From assembly GCF_022045235.1 (NCBI RefSeq), contig NW_027266286.1:68510001-68574000 (forward strand): 64,000 nt of DNA, written 5' to 3'. This DNA comes from Haliotis cracherodii (lineage: Eukaryota). The notes beneath the pieces were generated by a model, which saw only the letters and a list, made by a program, of their open reading frames with translations, was not told where the DNA came from and made no database searches. Shown here piece after piece: positions 9,183 to 25,378 of this stretch (position 1 is its first letter; each line of letters begins with the position of its first letter). The position numbers and the translations under genes are program-made.

Positions 9183-11383
9183 CCTGTCAGTTACGTTGTT
9201 TATCCACGAGAGAATAAACAATTTAAATGTCTCTTTTGGGATTCACACCGCCTTATATACATGTGGTACAGGAAATCAGGATGTTGAATGTAAATGCCCA
9301 CATTGGAAGATTTTAGTAAATAAAATTCCAATGAGACTTTTTACAACTTTAGAGCGTGAAGAATGAATCTCTATTTTGTAATATCACATACGACACTGCC
9401 ACCTGCCTCTCTGTATTAGGCATATCTTCCTGCATAATTATTAAATGCAAACTGTGTATTTGTGACCTAACCTGGCACCCTGTGGCTATCTCACTGCCGG
9501 GAAGCATGATAGATTTAGTGGTTCATCCAATGCAATTACAGCTACAGACCGTTTTGTGAAAAACGTGAATGGAGATAGAATATTTTAAATGAAGGATAAA
9601 TGCTGACCTTTAGAATTTCGTTGGGTGCAAGTACTGAGTCTACTGAGCTACCATGACTTGGAGTCAAAGGACGTTTATCAACGTATGTCAAATACGTCTT
9701 TAAAAGCAGAGGTTGTGGGAAGCTAATTATTCATCTATTCATAATCAAACTTTATGTGAAGTTGGATTTTTCAAGTGTGTGATATATTTCAAAGTTTGAA
9801 TACCTGCCCGAATAATTTCAAAGTCTCATTATTTTCTACAATAAAACAGGGTGAAAGCTGATGATATACGCTCTTTGGTTTTCTGGCCTATAACACACGA
9901 ATGAACACAGGGAAATCATTCCATCCCTGCCCACATTACTTTTCAAAGGAACTCTTCCATCTAAGTTTATCTCGTGTGTGTATATGTGTGTGTTTGGGAG
10001 TGTTTGGGAGAGAAAGTTCACGTCACATTTTATGCTATTTCGTAACTGGCCCAAACACTAAACAATGATGAAATGCATGAACATTTTCTAAAGAGTGGTA
10101 AAATCTCAGCTTTCGAACACCACATGTGGACAGGATATACTTATCCATCACACGAATACCTGATGAAACCACTATCTCCGCAGGAACATGGATGTGGTGG
10201 TAGTTTATGACAGGCACTAGGGGCTTCAACCGTCAATCTATGACCCATGTATGACCCCCTTCCTGCCAAGCATTACCCACACCCACCCACCAAGCTACAG
10301 CACCAGAGATGAACATTCATCTGGCGTCAGAGCACAATTATTCGTCATTCTTTGCTATCTACAGTGGCATGCCAATTCATACTGATTAATATCGCCCTTG
10401 CTGACTAACCTGTTACTTATCATTTGAACAGCAAAATACCAGTCTGGGTCCACCAGCTCGACTTCCAAGTAAACGCTGTCAACAACGGTCACTGAAAGTA
10501 TCGAGCCGAAACACACCCATCGGCCTTCAACTGGGGGTCAAATCATGGGAAGTTCGAGTCAATATCATGCACACATTTTGGATCAAAACAAATTACCAAC
10601 ACAATACAATGTCCAATCTTGCATTTAAGCTATCACAAGTCACTCCAAACATATCTGACACAGACTCAACAAGCCATTCAAACGGGGGACTATATTCTCC
10701 TATTTACCTTCCGGGTCATGGTAAAACTTAGGGGACGTAACTGTGGTCTCGGGCCTAGTCTATCTTAGAGCGAATCTGCTCCTTGACCATTCATATTGCG
10801 CTGGACTCTTGAAAAAAACAGAAAACAAACCAATTGGATTTGGTTTAGAGTGGGCTTTCTCTTGAGATCGTGCCGTTGTATTGGTGGATCGCTGCTCAAC
10901 TGTATAAGCTCTTAATTCTATCGGCATTGCATGAGTGCATTGAGGCACGTGCCACAGTTTTATTTGGACATGCACACGGCTGTAATTATAAGCCAGGTGG
11001 ACGTTTAGAGGCCATAATGATAGTACGATACTAAATGGGACTTCATGCATTTTCGGACAGAAACAGTCTACTTGCTTTGTTCAACATGTGTATAGGTTTA
11101 TTGGCAGGCCTTCGAGGTTCCTAACCTTGGTGGGAATGATTCCAAAGTGACAATCACTATGCAGGACACTGAAAAGTAAGTAGGGAAACTAGCTCATACA
11201 ATCTTGAATTTGATTGTACTTGAAGAAAATATAACCAAAGATATATTTACAATATAAACCACAGCTTTATTTGTACTCGTTGAGAAATAGACAGAATGAA
11301 TGGATGCAGCATGGTGAGTGCAATCGACAAATATGATATCAAATGTCCAGCACTTGATGTGAATATGATGATCCTTGAATCTT

Positions 11384-11981
11384 TTAACCGTGGTGTCCGC
11401 CTCCATGACCACCACCTCCATGACCACCTCCTCCGTGACCACCTCCTCCGTGGCCACCACCTCCGTGTCCTCCTCCTCCTCCTCCATGGCCACCACCTCC
11501 GTGTCCTCCTCCTCCTCCTCCATGGCCACCACCTCCGTGTCCTCCTCCTCCTCCTCCATGGCCACCACCTCCGTGACCTCCACCACCGTGACCGCCGCCT
11601 CCGTGACCACCACCACCACCACCGTGGCCGCCTCCGCCTCCGCCTCCGTGGCCTCCGCCTCCATGGCCGCCACCACCACCACCATGGCCACCAAGGGCGG
11701 AGCCAAGGAAGACTGTGAAGAATGTACAGAAACAACAATACATAAGTGGTCATATATGACAGGATACACACACACACACAAAATCCGTCCACCATTCCTG
11801 ATACAGTTTAGACCATGGTAGAAACTATCCTATTCATTACGTTGTCAGCAAATCGAAAAGCCACTTAAAACTAAGCAAGAGCTAATAAAGTTGATTATTA
11901 CAAAGTTTAAGATTGCGAATTCTCATCAGATAAGGCACACTTACCCAAGACTACAACAACTGCAACGTTAAGAAGGCGCAT
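11384..11981 (-). CDS. Secreted Gly/His-rich protein, copy 5 (exons 11945-11981, 11384-11712; 121 aa)
   Basis: Intact; same structure. Confidence 0.92.
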
Positions 11982-14182
11982 CCTGTCAGTTACGTTGTTT
12001 ATCCACGAGAGAATAAACAATTTAAATGTCTCTTTTGGGATTCACACCGCCTTATATACATGTGGTACAGGAAATCAGGATGTTGAATGTAAATGCCCAC
12101 ATTGGAAGATTTTAGTAAATAAAATTCCAATGAGACTTTTTACAACTTTAGAGCGTGAAGAATGAATCTCTATTTTGTAATATCACATACGACACTGCCA
12201 CCTGCCTCTCTGTATTAGGCATATCTTCCTGCATAATTATTAAATGCAAACTGTGTATTTGTGACCTAACCTGGCACCCTGTGGCTATCTCACTGCCAGG
12301 AAGCATGATAGATTTAGTGGTTCATCCAATGCAATTACAGCTACAGACCGTTTTGTGAAAAACTTGAATGGAGATAGAATATTTTAAATGAAGGATAAAT
12401 GCTGACCTTTAGAATTTCGTTGGGTGCAAGTACTGAGTCTACTGAGCTACCATGACTTGGAGTCAAAGGACGTTTATCAACGTATGTCAAATACGTCTTT
12501 AAAAGCAGAGGTTGTGGGAAGCTAATTATTCATCTATTCATAATCAAACTTTATGTGAAGTTGGATTTTTCAAGTGTGTGATATATTTCAAAGTTTGAAT
12601 ACCTGCCCGAATAATTTCAAAGTCTCATTATTTTCTACAATAAAACAGGGTGAAAGCTGATGATATACGCTCTTTGGTTTTCTGGCCTATAACACACGAA
12701 TGAACACAGGGAAATCATTCCATCCCTGCCCACATTACTTTTCAAAGGAACTCTTCCATCTACGTTTATCTCGTGTGTGTATATGTGTGTGTTTGGGAGT
12801 GTTTGGGAGAGAAAGTTCACGTCACATTTTATGCTATTTCGTAACTGGCCCAAACACTAAACAATGATGAAATGCATGAACATTTTCTAAAGAGTGGTCA
12901 AATCTCAGCTTTCGAACACCACATGTGGACAGGATATACTTATCCATCACACGAATACCTGATGAAACCACTATCTCCGCAGGAACATGGATGTGGTGGT
13001 AGTTTATGACAGGCACTAGGGGCTTCAACCGTCAGTCTATGACCCATGTATGACCCCCTTCCTGCCAAGCATTACCCACACCCACCCACCAAGCTACAGC
13101 ACCAGAGATGAACATTCATCTGGCGTCAGAGCACAATTATTCGTCATTCTTTGCTATCTACAGTGGCATGCCAATTCATACTGATTAATATCGCCCTTGC
13201 TGACTAACCTGTTACTTATCATTTGAACAGCAAAATACCAGTCTGGGTCCACCAGCTCGACTTCCAAGTAAACGCTGTCAACAACGGTCACTGAAAGTAT
13301 CGAGCCGAAACACACCCATCGGCCTTCAACTGGGGGTCAAATCATGGGAAGTTCGAGTCAATATCATGCACACATTTTGGATCAAAACAAATTACCAACA
13401 CAATACAATGTCCAATCTTGCATTTAAGCTATCACAAGTCACTCCAAACATATCTGACACAGACTCAACAAGCCATTCAAACGGGGGACTATATTCTCCT
13501 ATTTACCTTCCGGGTCATGGTAAAACTTAGGGGACGTAACTGTGGTCTCGGGCCTAGTCTATCTTAGAGAGAATCTGCTCCTTGACCATTCATATTGCGC
13601 TGGACTCTTGAAAAAAACAGAAAACAAACCAATTGGATTTGGTTTAGAGTGGGCTTTCTCTTGAGATCGTGCCGTTGTATTGGTGGATCGCTGCTCAACT
13701 GTATAAGCTCTTAATTCTATCGGCATTGCATGAGTGCATTGAGGCACGTGCCACAGTTTTATTTGGACATGCACACGGCTGTAATTATAAGCCAGGTGGA
13801 CGTTTAGAGGCCATAATGATAGTACGATACTAAATGGGACTTCATGCATTTTCGGACAGAAACAGTCTACTTGCTTTGTTCAACATGTGTATAGGTTTAT
13901 TGGCAGGCCTTCGAGGTTCCTAACCTTGGTGGGAATGATTCCAAAGTGACAATCACTATGCAGGACACTGAAAAGTAAGTAGGGAAACTAGCTCATACAA
14001 TCTTGAATTTGATTGTACTTGAAGAAAATATAACCAAAGATATATTTACAATATAAACCACAGCTTTATTTGTACTCGTTGAGAAATAGACAGAATGAAT
14101 GGATGCAGCATGGTGAGTGCAATCGACAAATATGATATCAAATGTCCAGCACTTGATGTGAATATGATGATCCTTGAATCTT

Positions 14183-14780
14183 TTAACCGTGGTGTCCGCC
14201 TCCATGACCACCACCTCCATGACCACCTCCTCCGTGACCACCTCCTCCGTGGCCACCACCTCCGTGTCCTCCTCCTCCTCCTCCATGGCCACCACCTCCG
14301 TGTCCTCCTCCTCCTCCTCCATGGCCACCACCTCCGTGTCCACCTCCTCCTCCTCCATGGCCACCACCTCCGTGACCTCCACCACCGTGACCGCCGCCTC
14401 CGTGACCACCACCACCACCACCGTGGCCGCCTCCGCCTCCGCCTCCGTGGCCTCCGCCTCCATGGCCGCCACCACCACCACCATGGCCACCAAGGGCGGA
14501 GCCAAGGAAGACTGTGAAGAATGTACAGAAACAACAATACATAAGTGGTCATATATGACAGGATACACACACACACACAAAATCCTTCCACCATTCCTGA
14601 TACAGTTTAGACCATGGTAGAAACTATCCTATTCATTACGTTGTCAGCAAATCGAAAAGCCACTTAAAACTCAGCAAGAGCTAATAAAGTTGATTATTAC
14701 AAAGTTTAAGATTGCGAATTCTCATCAGATAAGGCACACTTACCCAAGACTACAACAACTGCAACGTTAAGAAGGCGCAT
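14183..14780 (-). CDS. Secreted Gly/His-rich protein, copy 6 (exons 14744-14780, 14183-14511; 121 aa)
   Basis: Intact; synonymous GGA->GGT variant. Confidence 0.92.
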
Positions 14781-16981
14781 CCTGTCAGTTACGTTGTTTA
14801 TCCACGAGAGAATAAACAATTTAAATGTCTCTTTTGGGATTCACACCGCCTTATATACATGTGGTACAGGAAATCAGGATGTTGAATGTAAATGCCCACA
14901 TTGGAAGATTTTAGTAAATAAAATTCCAATGAGACTTTTTACAACTTTAGAGCGTGAAGAATGAATCTCTATTTTGTAATATCACATACGACACTGCCAC
15001 CTGCCTCTCTGTATTAGGCATATCTTCCTGCATAATTATTAAATGCAAACTGTGTATTTGTGACCTAACCTGGCACCCTGTGGCTATCTCACTGCCAGGA
15101 AGCATGATAGATTTAGTGGTTCATCCAATGCAATTACAGCTACAGACCGTTTTGTGAAAAACTTGAATGGAGATAGAATATTTTAAATGAAGGATAAATG
15201 CTGACCTTTAGAATTTCGTTGGGTGCAAGTACTGAGTCTACTGAGCTACCATGACTTGGAGTCAAAGGACGTTTATCAACGTATGTCAAATACGTCTTTA
15301 AAAGCAGAGGTTGTGGGAAGCTAATTATTCATCTATTCATAATCAAACTTTATGTGAAGTTGGATTTTTCAAGTGTGTGATATATTTCAAAGTTTGAATA
15401 CCTGCCCGAATAATTTCAAAGTCTCATTATTTTCTACAATAAAACAGGGTGAAAGCTGATGATATACGCTCTTTGGTTTTCTGGCCTATAACACACGAAT
15501 GAACACAGGGAAATCATTCCATCCCTGCCCACATTACTTTTCAAAGGAACTCTTCCATCTACGTTTATCTCGTGTGTGTATATGTGTGTGTTTGGGAGTG
15601 TTTGGGAGAGAAAGTTCACGTCACATTTTATGCTATTTCGTAACTGGCCCAAACACTAAACAATGATGAAATGCATGAACATTTTCTAAAGAGTGGTCAA
15701 ATCTCAGCTTTCGAACACCACATGTGGACAGGATATACTTATCCATCACACGAATACCTGATGAAACCACTATCTCCGCAGGAACATGGATGTGGTGGTA
15801 GTTTATGACAGGCACTAGGGGCTTCAACCGTCAGTCTATGACCCATGTATGACCCCCTTCCTGCCAAGCATTACCCACACCCACCCACCAAGCTACAGCA
15901 CCAGAGATGAACATTCATCTGGCGTCAGAGCACAATTATTCGTCATTCTTTGCTATCTACAGTGGCATGCCAATTCATACTGATTAATATCGCCCTTGCT
16001 GACTAACCTGTTACTTATCATTTGAACAGCAAAATACCAGTCTGGGTCCACCAGCTCGACTTCCAAGTAAACGCTGTCAACAACGGTCACTGAAAGTATC
16101 GAGCCGAAACACACCCATCGGCCTTCAACTGGGGGTCAAATCATGGGAAGTTCGAGTCAATATCATGCACACATTTTGGATCAAAACAAATTACCAACAC
16201 AATACAATGTCCAATCTTGCATTTAAGCTATCACAAGTCACTCCAAACATATCTGACACAGACTCAACAAGCCATTCAAACGGGGGACTATATTCTCCTA
16301 TTTACCTTCCGGGTCATGGTAAAACTTAGGGGACGTAACTGTGGTCTCGGGCCTAGTCTATCTTAGAGAGAATCTGCTCCTTGACCATTCATATTGCGCT
16401 GGACTCTTGAAAAAAACAGAAAACAAACCAATTGGATTTGGTTTAGAGTGGGCTTTCTCTTGAGATCGTGCCGTTGTATTGGTGGATCGCTGCTCAACTG
16501 TATAAGCTCTTAATTCTATCGGCATTGCATGAGTGCATTGAGGCACGTGCCACAGTTTTATTTGGACATGCACACGGCTGTAATTATAAGCCAGGTGGAC
16601 GTTTAGAGGCCATAATGATAGTACGATACTAAATGGGACTTCATGCATTTTCGGACAGAAACAGTCTACTTGCTTTGTTCAACATGTGTATAGGTTTATT
16701 GGCAGGCCTTCGAGGTTCCTAACCTTGGTGGGAATGATTCCAAAGTGACAATCACTATGCAGGACACTGAAAAGTAAGTAGGGAAACTAGCTCATACAAT
16801 CTTGAATTTGATTGTACTTGAAGAAAATATAACCAAAGATATATTTACAATATAAACCACAGCTTTATTTGTACTCGTTGAGAAATAGACAGAATGAATG
16901 GATGCAGCATGGTGAGTGCAATCGACAAATATGATATCAAATGTCCAGCACTTGATGTGAATATGATGATCCTTGAATCTT

Positions 16982-17579
16982 TTAACCGTGGTGTCCGCCT
17001 CCATGACCACCACCTCCATGACCACCTCCTCCGTGACCACCTCCTCCGTGGCCACCACCTCCGTGTCCTCCTCCTCCTCCTCCATGGCCACCACCTCCGT
17101 GTCCTCCTCCTCCTCCTCCATGGCCACCACCTCCGTGTCCACCTCCTCCTCCTCCATGGCCACCACCTCCGTGACCTCCACCACCGTGACCGCCGCCTCC
17201 GTGACCACCACCACCACCACCGTGGCCGCCTCCGCCTCCGCCTCCGTGGCCTCCGCCTCCATGGCCGCCACCACCACCACCATGGCCACCAAGGGCGGAG
17301 CCAAGGAAGACTGTGAAGAATGTACAGAAACAACAATACATAAGTGGTCATATATGACAGGATACACACACACACACAAAATCCTTCCACCATTCCTGAT
17401 ACAGTTTAGACCATGGTAGAAACTATCCTATTCATTACGTTGTCAGCAAATCGAAAAGCCACTTAAAACTCAGCAAGAGCTAATAAAGTTGATTATTACA
17501 AAGTTTAAGATTGCGAATTCTCATCAGATAAGGCACACTTACCCAAGACTACAACAACTGCAACGTTAAGAAGGCGCAT
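16982..17579 (-). CDS. Secreted Gly/His-rich protein, copy 7 (exons 17543-17579, 16982-17310; 121 aa)
   Basis: Intact; same structure. Confidence 0.92.
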
Positions 17580-19780
17580 CCTGTCAGTTACGTTGTTTAT
17601 CCACGACAGAATAAGCAATTTAAATGTCTCTTTTGGGATTCACACCGCCTTATATACATGTGGTACAGGAAATCAGGATGTTGAATGTAAATGCCCACAT
17701 TGGAAAATTTTAGTAAATAAAATTCCAATGAGACTTTTTACAACTTTAGAGCGTGAAGAATGAATCTCTATTTTGTAATATCACATACGACACTGCCACC
17801 TGCCTCTCTGTATTAGGCATATCTTCCTGCATAATTATTAAATGCAAACTGTGTATTTGTGACCTAACCTGGCACCCTGTGGCTATCTCACTGCCAGGAA
17901 GCATGATAGATTTAGTGGTTCATCCAATGCAATTACAGCTACAGACCGTTTTGTGAAAAACGTGAATGGAGATAGAATATTTTAAATGAAGGATAAATGC
18001 TGACCTTTAGAATTTCGTTGGGTGCAAGTACTGAGTCTACTGAGCTACCATGACTTGGAGTCAAAGGACGTTTATCAACGTATGTCAAATACGTCTTTAA
18101 AAGCAGAGGTTGTGGGAAGCTAATTATTCATCTATTCATAATCAAACTTTATGTGAAGTTGGATTTTTCAAGTGTGTGATATATTTCAAAGTTTGAATAC
18201 CTGCCCGAATAATTTCAAAGTCTCATTATTTTCTACAATAAAACAGGGTGAAAGCTGATGATATACGCTCTTTGGTTTTCTGGCCTATAACACACGAATG
18301 AACACAGGGAAATCATTCCATCCCTGCCCACATTACTTTTCAAAGGAACTCTTCCATCTAAGTTTATCTCGTGTGTGTATATGTGTGTGTTTGGGAGTGT
18401 TTGGGAGAGAAAGTTCACGTCACATTTTATGCTATTTCGTAACTGGCCCAAACACTAAACAATGATGAAATGCATGAACATTTTCTAAAGAGTGGTCAAA
18501 TCTCAGCTTTCGAACACCACATGTGGACAGGATATACTTATCCATCACACGAATACCTGATGAAACCACTATCTCCGCAGGAACATGGATGTGGTGGTAG
18601 TTTATGACAGGCACTAGGGGCTTCAACCGTCAATCTATGACCCATGTATGACCCCCTTCCTGCCAAGCATTACCCACACCCACCCACCAAGCTACAGCAC
18701 CAGAGATGAACATTCATCTGGCGTCAGAGCACAATTATTCGTCATTCTTTGCTATCTACAGTGGCATGCCAATTCATACTGATTAATATCGCCCTTGCTG
18801 ACTAACCTGTTACTTATCATTTGAACAGCAAAATACCAGTCTGGGTCCACCAGCTCGACTTCCAAGTAAACGCTGTCAACAACGGTCACTGAAAGTATCG
18901 AGCCGAAACACACCCATCGGCCTTCAACTGGGGGTCAAATCATGGGAAGTTCGAGTCAATATCATGCACACATTTTGGATCAAAACAAATTACCAACACA
19001 ATACAATGTCCAATCTTGCATTTAAGCTATCACAAGTCACTCCAAACATATCTGACACAGACTCAACAAGCCATTCAAACGGGGGACTATATTCTCCTAT
19101 TTACCTTCCGGGTCATGGTAAAACTTAGGGGACGTAACTGTGGTCTCGGGCCTAGTCTATCTTAGAGCGAATCTGCTCCTTGACCATTCATATTGCGCTG
19201 GACTCTTGAAAAAAACAGAAAACAAACCAATTGGATTTGGTTTAGAGTGGGCTTTCTCTTGAGATCGTGCCGTTGTATTGGTGGATCGCTGCTCAACTGT
19301 ATAAGCTCTTAATTCTATCGGCATTGCATGAGTGCATTGAGGCACGTGCCACAGTTTTATTTGGACATGCACACGGCTGTAATTATAAGCCAGGTGGACG
19401 TTTAGAGGCCATAATGATAGTACGATACTAAATGGGACTTCATGCATTTTCGGACAGAAACAGTCTACTTGCTTTGTTCAACATGTGTATAGGTTTATTG
19501 GCAGGCCTTCGAGGTTCCTAACCTTGGTGGGAATGATTCCAAAGTGACAATCACTATGCAGGACACTGAAAAGTAAGTAGGGAAACTAGCTCATACAATC
19601 TTGAATTTGATTGTACTTGAAGAAAATATAACCAAAGATATATTTACAATATAAACCACAGCTTTATTTGTACTCGTTGAGAAATAGACAGAATGAATGG
19701 ATGCAGCATGGTGAGTGCAATCGACAAATATGATATCAAATGTCCAGCACTTGATGTGAATATGATGATCCTTGAATCTT

Positions 19781-20378
19781 TTAACCGTGGTGTCCGCCTC
19801 CATGACCACCACCTCCATGACCACCTCCTCCGTGACCACCTCCTCCGTGGCCACCACCTCCGTGTCCTCCTCCTCCTCCTCCATGGCCACCACCTCCGTG
19901 TCCTCCTCCTCCTCCTCCATGGCCACCACCTCCGTGTCCTCCTCCTCCTCCTCCATGGCCACCACCTCCGTGACCTCCACCACCGTGACCGCCGCCTCCG
20001 TGACCACCACCACCACCACCGTGGCCGCCTCCGCCTCCGCCTCCGTGGCCTCCGCCTCCATGGCCGCCACCACCACCACCATGGCCACCAAGGGCGGAGC
20101 CAAGGAAGACTGTGAAGAATGTACAGAAACAACAATACATAAGTGGTCATATATGACAGGATACACACACACACACAAAATCCCTCCACCATTCCTGATA
20201 CAGTTTAGACCATGGTAGAAACTATCCTATTCATTACGTTGTCAGCAAATCGAAAAGCCACTTAAAACTCAGCAAGAGCTAATAAAGTTGATTATTACAA
20301 AGTTTAAGATTGCGAATTCTCATCAGATAAGGCACACTTACCCAAGACTACAACAACTGCAACGTTAAGAAGGCGCAT
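19781..20378 (-). CDS. Secreted Gly/His-rich protein, copy 8 (exons 20342-20378, 19781-20109; 121 aa)
   Basis: Intact; same structure. Confidence 0.92.
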
Positions 20379-22579
20379 CCTGTCAGTTACGTTGTTTATC
20401 CACGACAGAATAAGCAATTTAAATGTCTCTTTTGGGATTCACACCGCCTTATATACATGTGGTACAGGAAATCAGGATGTTGAATGTAAATGCCCACATT
20501 GGAAAATTTTAGTAAATAAAATTCCAATGAGACTTTTTACAACTTTAGAGCGTGAAGAATGAATCTCTATTTTGTAATATCACATACGACACTGCCACCT
20601 GCCTCTCTGTATTAGGCATATCTTCCTGCATAATTATTAAATGCAAACTGTGTATTTGTGACCTAACCTGGCACCCTGTGGCTATCTCACTGCCAGGAAG
20701 CATGATAGATTTAGTGGTTCATCCAATGCAATTACAGCTACAGACCGTTTTGTGAAAAACGTGAATGGAGATAGAATATTTTAAATGAAGGATAAATGCT
20801 GACCTTTAGAATTTCGTTGGGTGCAAGTACTGAGTCTACTGAGCTACCATGACTTGGAGTCAAAGGACGTTTATCAACGTATGTCAAATACGTCTTTAAA
20901 AGCAGAGGTTGTGGGAAGCTAATTATTCATCTATTCATAATCAAACTTTATGTGAAGTTGGATTTTTCAAGTGTGTGATATATTTCAAAGCTTGAATACC
21001 TGCCCGAATAATTTCAAAGTCTCATAATTTTCTACAATAAAACAGGGTGAAAGCTGATGATATACGCTCTTTGGTTTTCTGGCCTATAACACACGAATGA
21101 ACACAGGGAAATCATTCCATCCCTGCCCACATTACTTTTCAAAGGAACTCTTCCATCTAAGTTTATCTCGTGTGTGTATATGTGTGTGTTTGGGAGTGTT
21201 TGGGAGAGAAAGTTCACGTCACATTTTATGCTATTTCGTAACTGGCCCAAACACTAAACAATGATGAAATGCATGAACATTTTCTAAAGAGTGGTCAAAT
21301 CTCAGCTTTCGAACACCACATGTGGACAGGATATACTTATCCATCACACGAATACCTGATGAAACCACTATCTCCGCAGGAACATGGATGTGGTGGTAGT
21401 TTATGACAGGCACTAGGGGCTTCAACCGTCAATCTATGACCCATGTATGACCCCCTTCCTGCCAAGCATTACCCACACCCACCCACCAAGCTACAGCACC
21501 AGAGATGAACATTCATCTGGCGTCAGAGCACAATTATTCGTCATTCTTTGCTATCTACAGTGGCATGCCAATTCATACTGATTAATATCGCCCTTGCTGA
21601 CTAACCTGTTACTTATCATTTGAACAGCAAAATACCAGTCTGGGTCCACCAGCTCGACTTCCAAGTAAACGCTGTCAACAACGGTCACTGAAAGTATCGA
21701 GCCGAAACACACCCATCGGCCTTCAACTGGGGGTCAAATCATGGGAAGTTCGAGTCAATATCATGCACACATTTTGGATCAAAACAAATTACCAACACAA
21801 TACAATGTCCAATCTTGCATTTAAGCTATCACAAGTCACTCCAAACATATCTGACACAGACTCAACAAGCCATTCAAACGGGGGACTATATTCTCCTATT
21901 TACCTTCCGGGTCATGGTAAAACTTAAGGGACGTAACTGTGGTCTCGGGCCTAGTCTATCTTAGAGCGAATCTGCTCCTTGACCATTCATATTGCGCTGG
22001 ACTCTTGAAAAAAACAGAAAACAAACCAATTGGATTTGGTTTAGAGTGGGCTTTCTCTTGAGATCGTGCCGTTGTATTGGTGGATCGCTGCTCAACTGTA
22101 TAAGCTCTTAATTCTATCGGCATTGCATGAGTGCATTGAGGCACGTGCCACAGTTTTATTTGGACATGCACACGGCTGTAATTATAAGCCAGGTGGACGT
22201 TTAGAGGCCATAATGATAGTACGATACTAAATGGGACTTCATGCATTTTCGGACAGAAACAGTCTACTTGCTTTGTTCAACATGTGTATAGGTTTATTGG
22301 CAGGCCTTCGAGGTTCCTAACCTTGGTGGGAATGATTCCAAAGTGACAATCACTATGCAGGACACTGAAAAGTAAGTAGGGAAACTAGCTCATACAATCT
22401 TGAATTTGATTGTACTTGAAGAAAATATAACCAAAGATATATTTACAATATAAACCACAGCTTTATTTGTACTCGTTGAGAAATAGACAGAATGAATGGA
22501 TGCAGCATGGTGAGTGCAATCGACAAATATGATATCAAATGTCCAGCACTTGATGTGAATATGATGATCCTTGAATCTT

Positions 22580-23177
22580 TTAACCGTGGTGTCCGCCTCC
22601 ATGACCACCACCTCCATGACCACCTCCTCCGTGACCACCTCCTCCGTGGCCACCACCTCCGTGTCCTCCTCCTCCTCCTCCATGGCCACCACCTCCGTGT
22701 CCTCCTCCTCCTCCTCCATGGCCACCACCTCCGTGTCCTCCTCCTCCTCCTCCATGGCCACCACCTCCGTGACCTCCACCACCGTGACCGCCGCCTCCGT
22801 GACCACCACCACCACCACCGTGGCCGCCTCCGCCTCCGCCTCCGTGGCCTCCGCCTCCATGGCCGCCACCACCACCACCATGGCCACCAAGGGCGGAGCC
22901 AAGGAAGACTGTGAAGAATGTACAGAAACAACAATACATAAGTGGTCATATATGACAGGATACACACACACACACAAAATCCTTCCACCATTCCTGATAC
23001 AGTTTAGACCATGGTAGAAACTATCCTATTCATTACGTTGTCAGCAAATCGAAAAGCCACTTAAAACTCAGCAAGAGCTAATAAAGTTGATTATTACAAA
23101 GTTTAAGATTGCGAATTCTCATCAGATAAGGCACACTTACCCAAGACTACAACAACTGCAACGTTAAGAAGGCGCAT
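22580..23177 (-). CDS. Secreted Gly/His-rich protein, copy 9 (exons 23141-23177, 22580-22908; 121 aa)
   Basis: Intact; same structure. Confidence 0.92.
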
Positions 23178-25378
23178 CCTGTCAGTTACGTTGTTTATCC
23201 ACGACAGAATAAGCAATTTAAATGTCTCTTTTGGGATTCACACCGCCTTATATACATGTGGTACAGGAAATCAGGATGTTGAATGTAAATGCCCACATTG
23301 GAAAATTTTAGTAAATAAAATTCCAATGAGACTTTTTACAACTTTAGAGCGTGAAGAATGAATCTCTATTTTGTAATATCACATACGACACTGCCACCTG
23401 CCTCTCTGTATTAGGCATATCTTCCTGCATAATTATTAAATGCAAACTGTGTATTTGTGACCTAACCTGGCACCCTGTGGCTATCTCACTGCCAGGAAGC
23501 ATGATAGATTTAGTGGTTCATCCAATGCAATTACAGCTACAGACCGTTTTGTGAAAAACGTGAATGGAGATAGAATATTTTAAATGAAGGATAAATGCTG
23601 ACCTTTAGAATTTCGTTGGGTGCAAGTACTGAGTCTACTGAGCTACCATGACTTGGAGTCAAAGGACGTTTATCAACGTATGTCAAATACGTCTTTAAAA
23701 GCAGAGGTTGTGGGAAGCTAATTATTCATCTATTCATAATCAAACTTTATGTGAAGTTGGATTTTTCAAGTGTGTGATATATTTCAAAGCTTGAATACCT
23801 GCCCGAATAATTTCAAAGTCTCATAATTTTCTACAATAAAACAGGGTGAAAGCTGATGATATACGCTCTTTGGTTTTCTGGCCTATAACACACGAATGAA
23901 CACAGGGAAATCATTCCATCCCTGCCCACATTACTTTTCAAAGGAACTCTTCCATCTAAGTTTATCTCGTGTGTGTATATGTGTGTGTTTGGGAGTGTTT
24001 GGGAGAGAAAGTTCACGTCACATTTTATGCTATTTCGTAACTGGCCCAAACACTAAACAATGATGAAATGCATGAACATTTTCTAAAGAGTGGTCAAATC
24101 TCAGCTTTCGAACACCACATGTGGACAGGATATACTTATCCATCACACGAATACCTGATGAAACCACTATCTCCGCAGGAACATGGATGTGGTGGTAGTT
24201 TATGACAGGCACTAGGGGCTTCAACCGTCAATCTATGACCCATGTATGACCCCCTTCCTGCCAAGCATTACCCACACCCACCCACCAAGCTACAGCACCA
24301 GAGATGAACATTCATCTGGCGTCAGAGCACAATTATTCGTCATTCTTTGCTATCTACAGTGGCATGCCAATTCATACTGATTAATATCGCCCTTGCTGAC
24401 TAACCTGTTACTTATCATTTGAACAGCAAAATACCAGTCTGGGTCCACCAGCTCGACTTCCAAGTAAACGCTGTCAACAACGGTCACTGAAAGTATCGAG
24501 CCGAAACACACCCATCGGCCTTCAACTGGGGGTCAAATCATGGGAAGTTCGAGTCAATATCATGCACACATTTTGGATCAAAACAAATTACCAACACAAT
24601 ACAATGTCCAATCTTGCATTTAAGCTATCACAAGTCACTCCAAACATATCTGACACAGACTCAACAAGCCATTCAAACGGGGGACTATATTCTCCTATTT
24701 ACCTTCCGGGTCATGGTAAAACTTAGGGGACGTAACTGTGGTCTCGGGCCTAGTCTATCTTAGAGAGAATCTGCTCCTTGACCATTCATATTGCGCTGGA
24801 CTCTTGAAAAAAACAGAAAACAAACCAATTGGATTTGGTTTAGAGTGGGCTTTCTCTTGAGATCGTGCCGTTGTATTGGTGGATCGCTGCTCAACTGTAT
24901 AAGCTCTTAATTCTATCGGCATTGCATGAGTGCATTGAGGCACGTGCCACAGTTTTATTTGGACATGCACACGGCTGTAATTATAAGCCAGGTGGACGTT
25001 TAGAGGCCATAATGATAGTACGATACTAAATGGGACTTCATGCATTTTCGGACAGAAACAGTCTACTTGCTTTGTTCAACATGTGTATAGGTTTATTGGC
25101 AGGCCTTCGAGGTTCCTAACCTTGGTGGGAATGATTCCAAAGTGACAATCACTATGCAGGACACTGAAAAGTAAGTAGGGAAACTAGCTCATACAATCTT
25201 GAATTTGATTGTACTTGAAGAAAATATAACCAAAGATATATTTACAATATAAACCACAGCTTTATTTGTACTCGTTGAGAAATAGACAGAATGAATGGAT
25301 GCAGCATGGTGAGTGCAATCGACAAATATGATATCAAATGTCCAGCACTTGATGTGAATATGATGATCCTTGAATCTT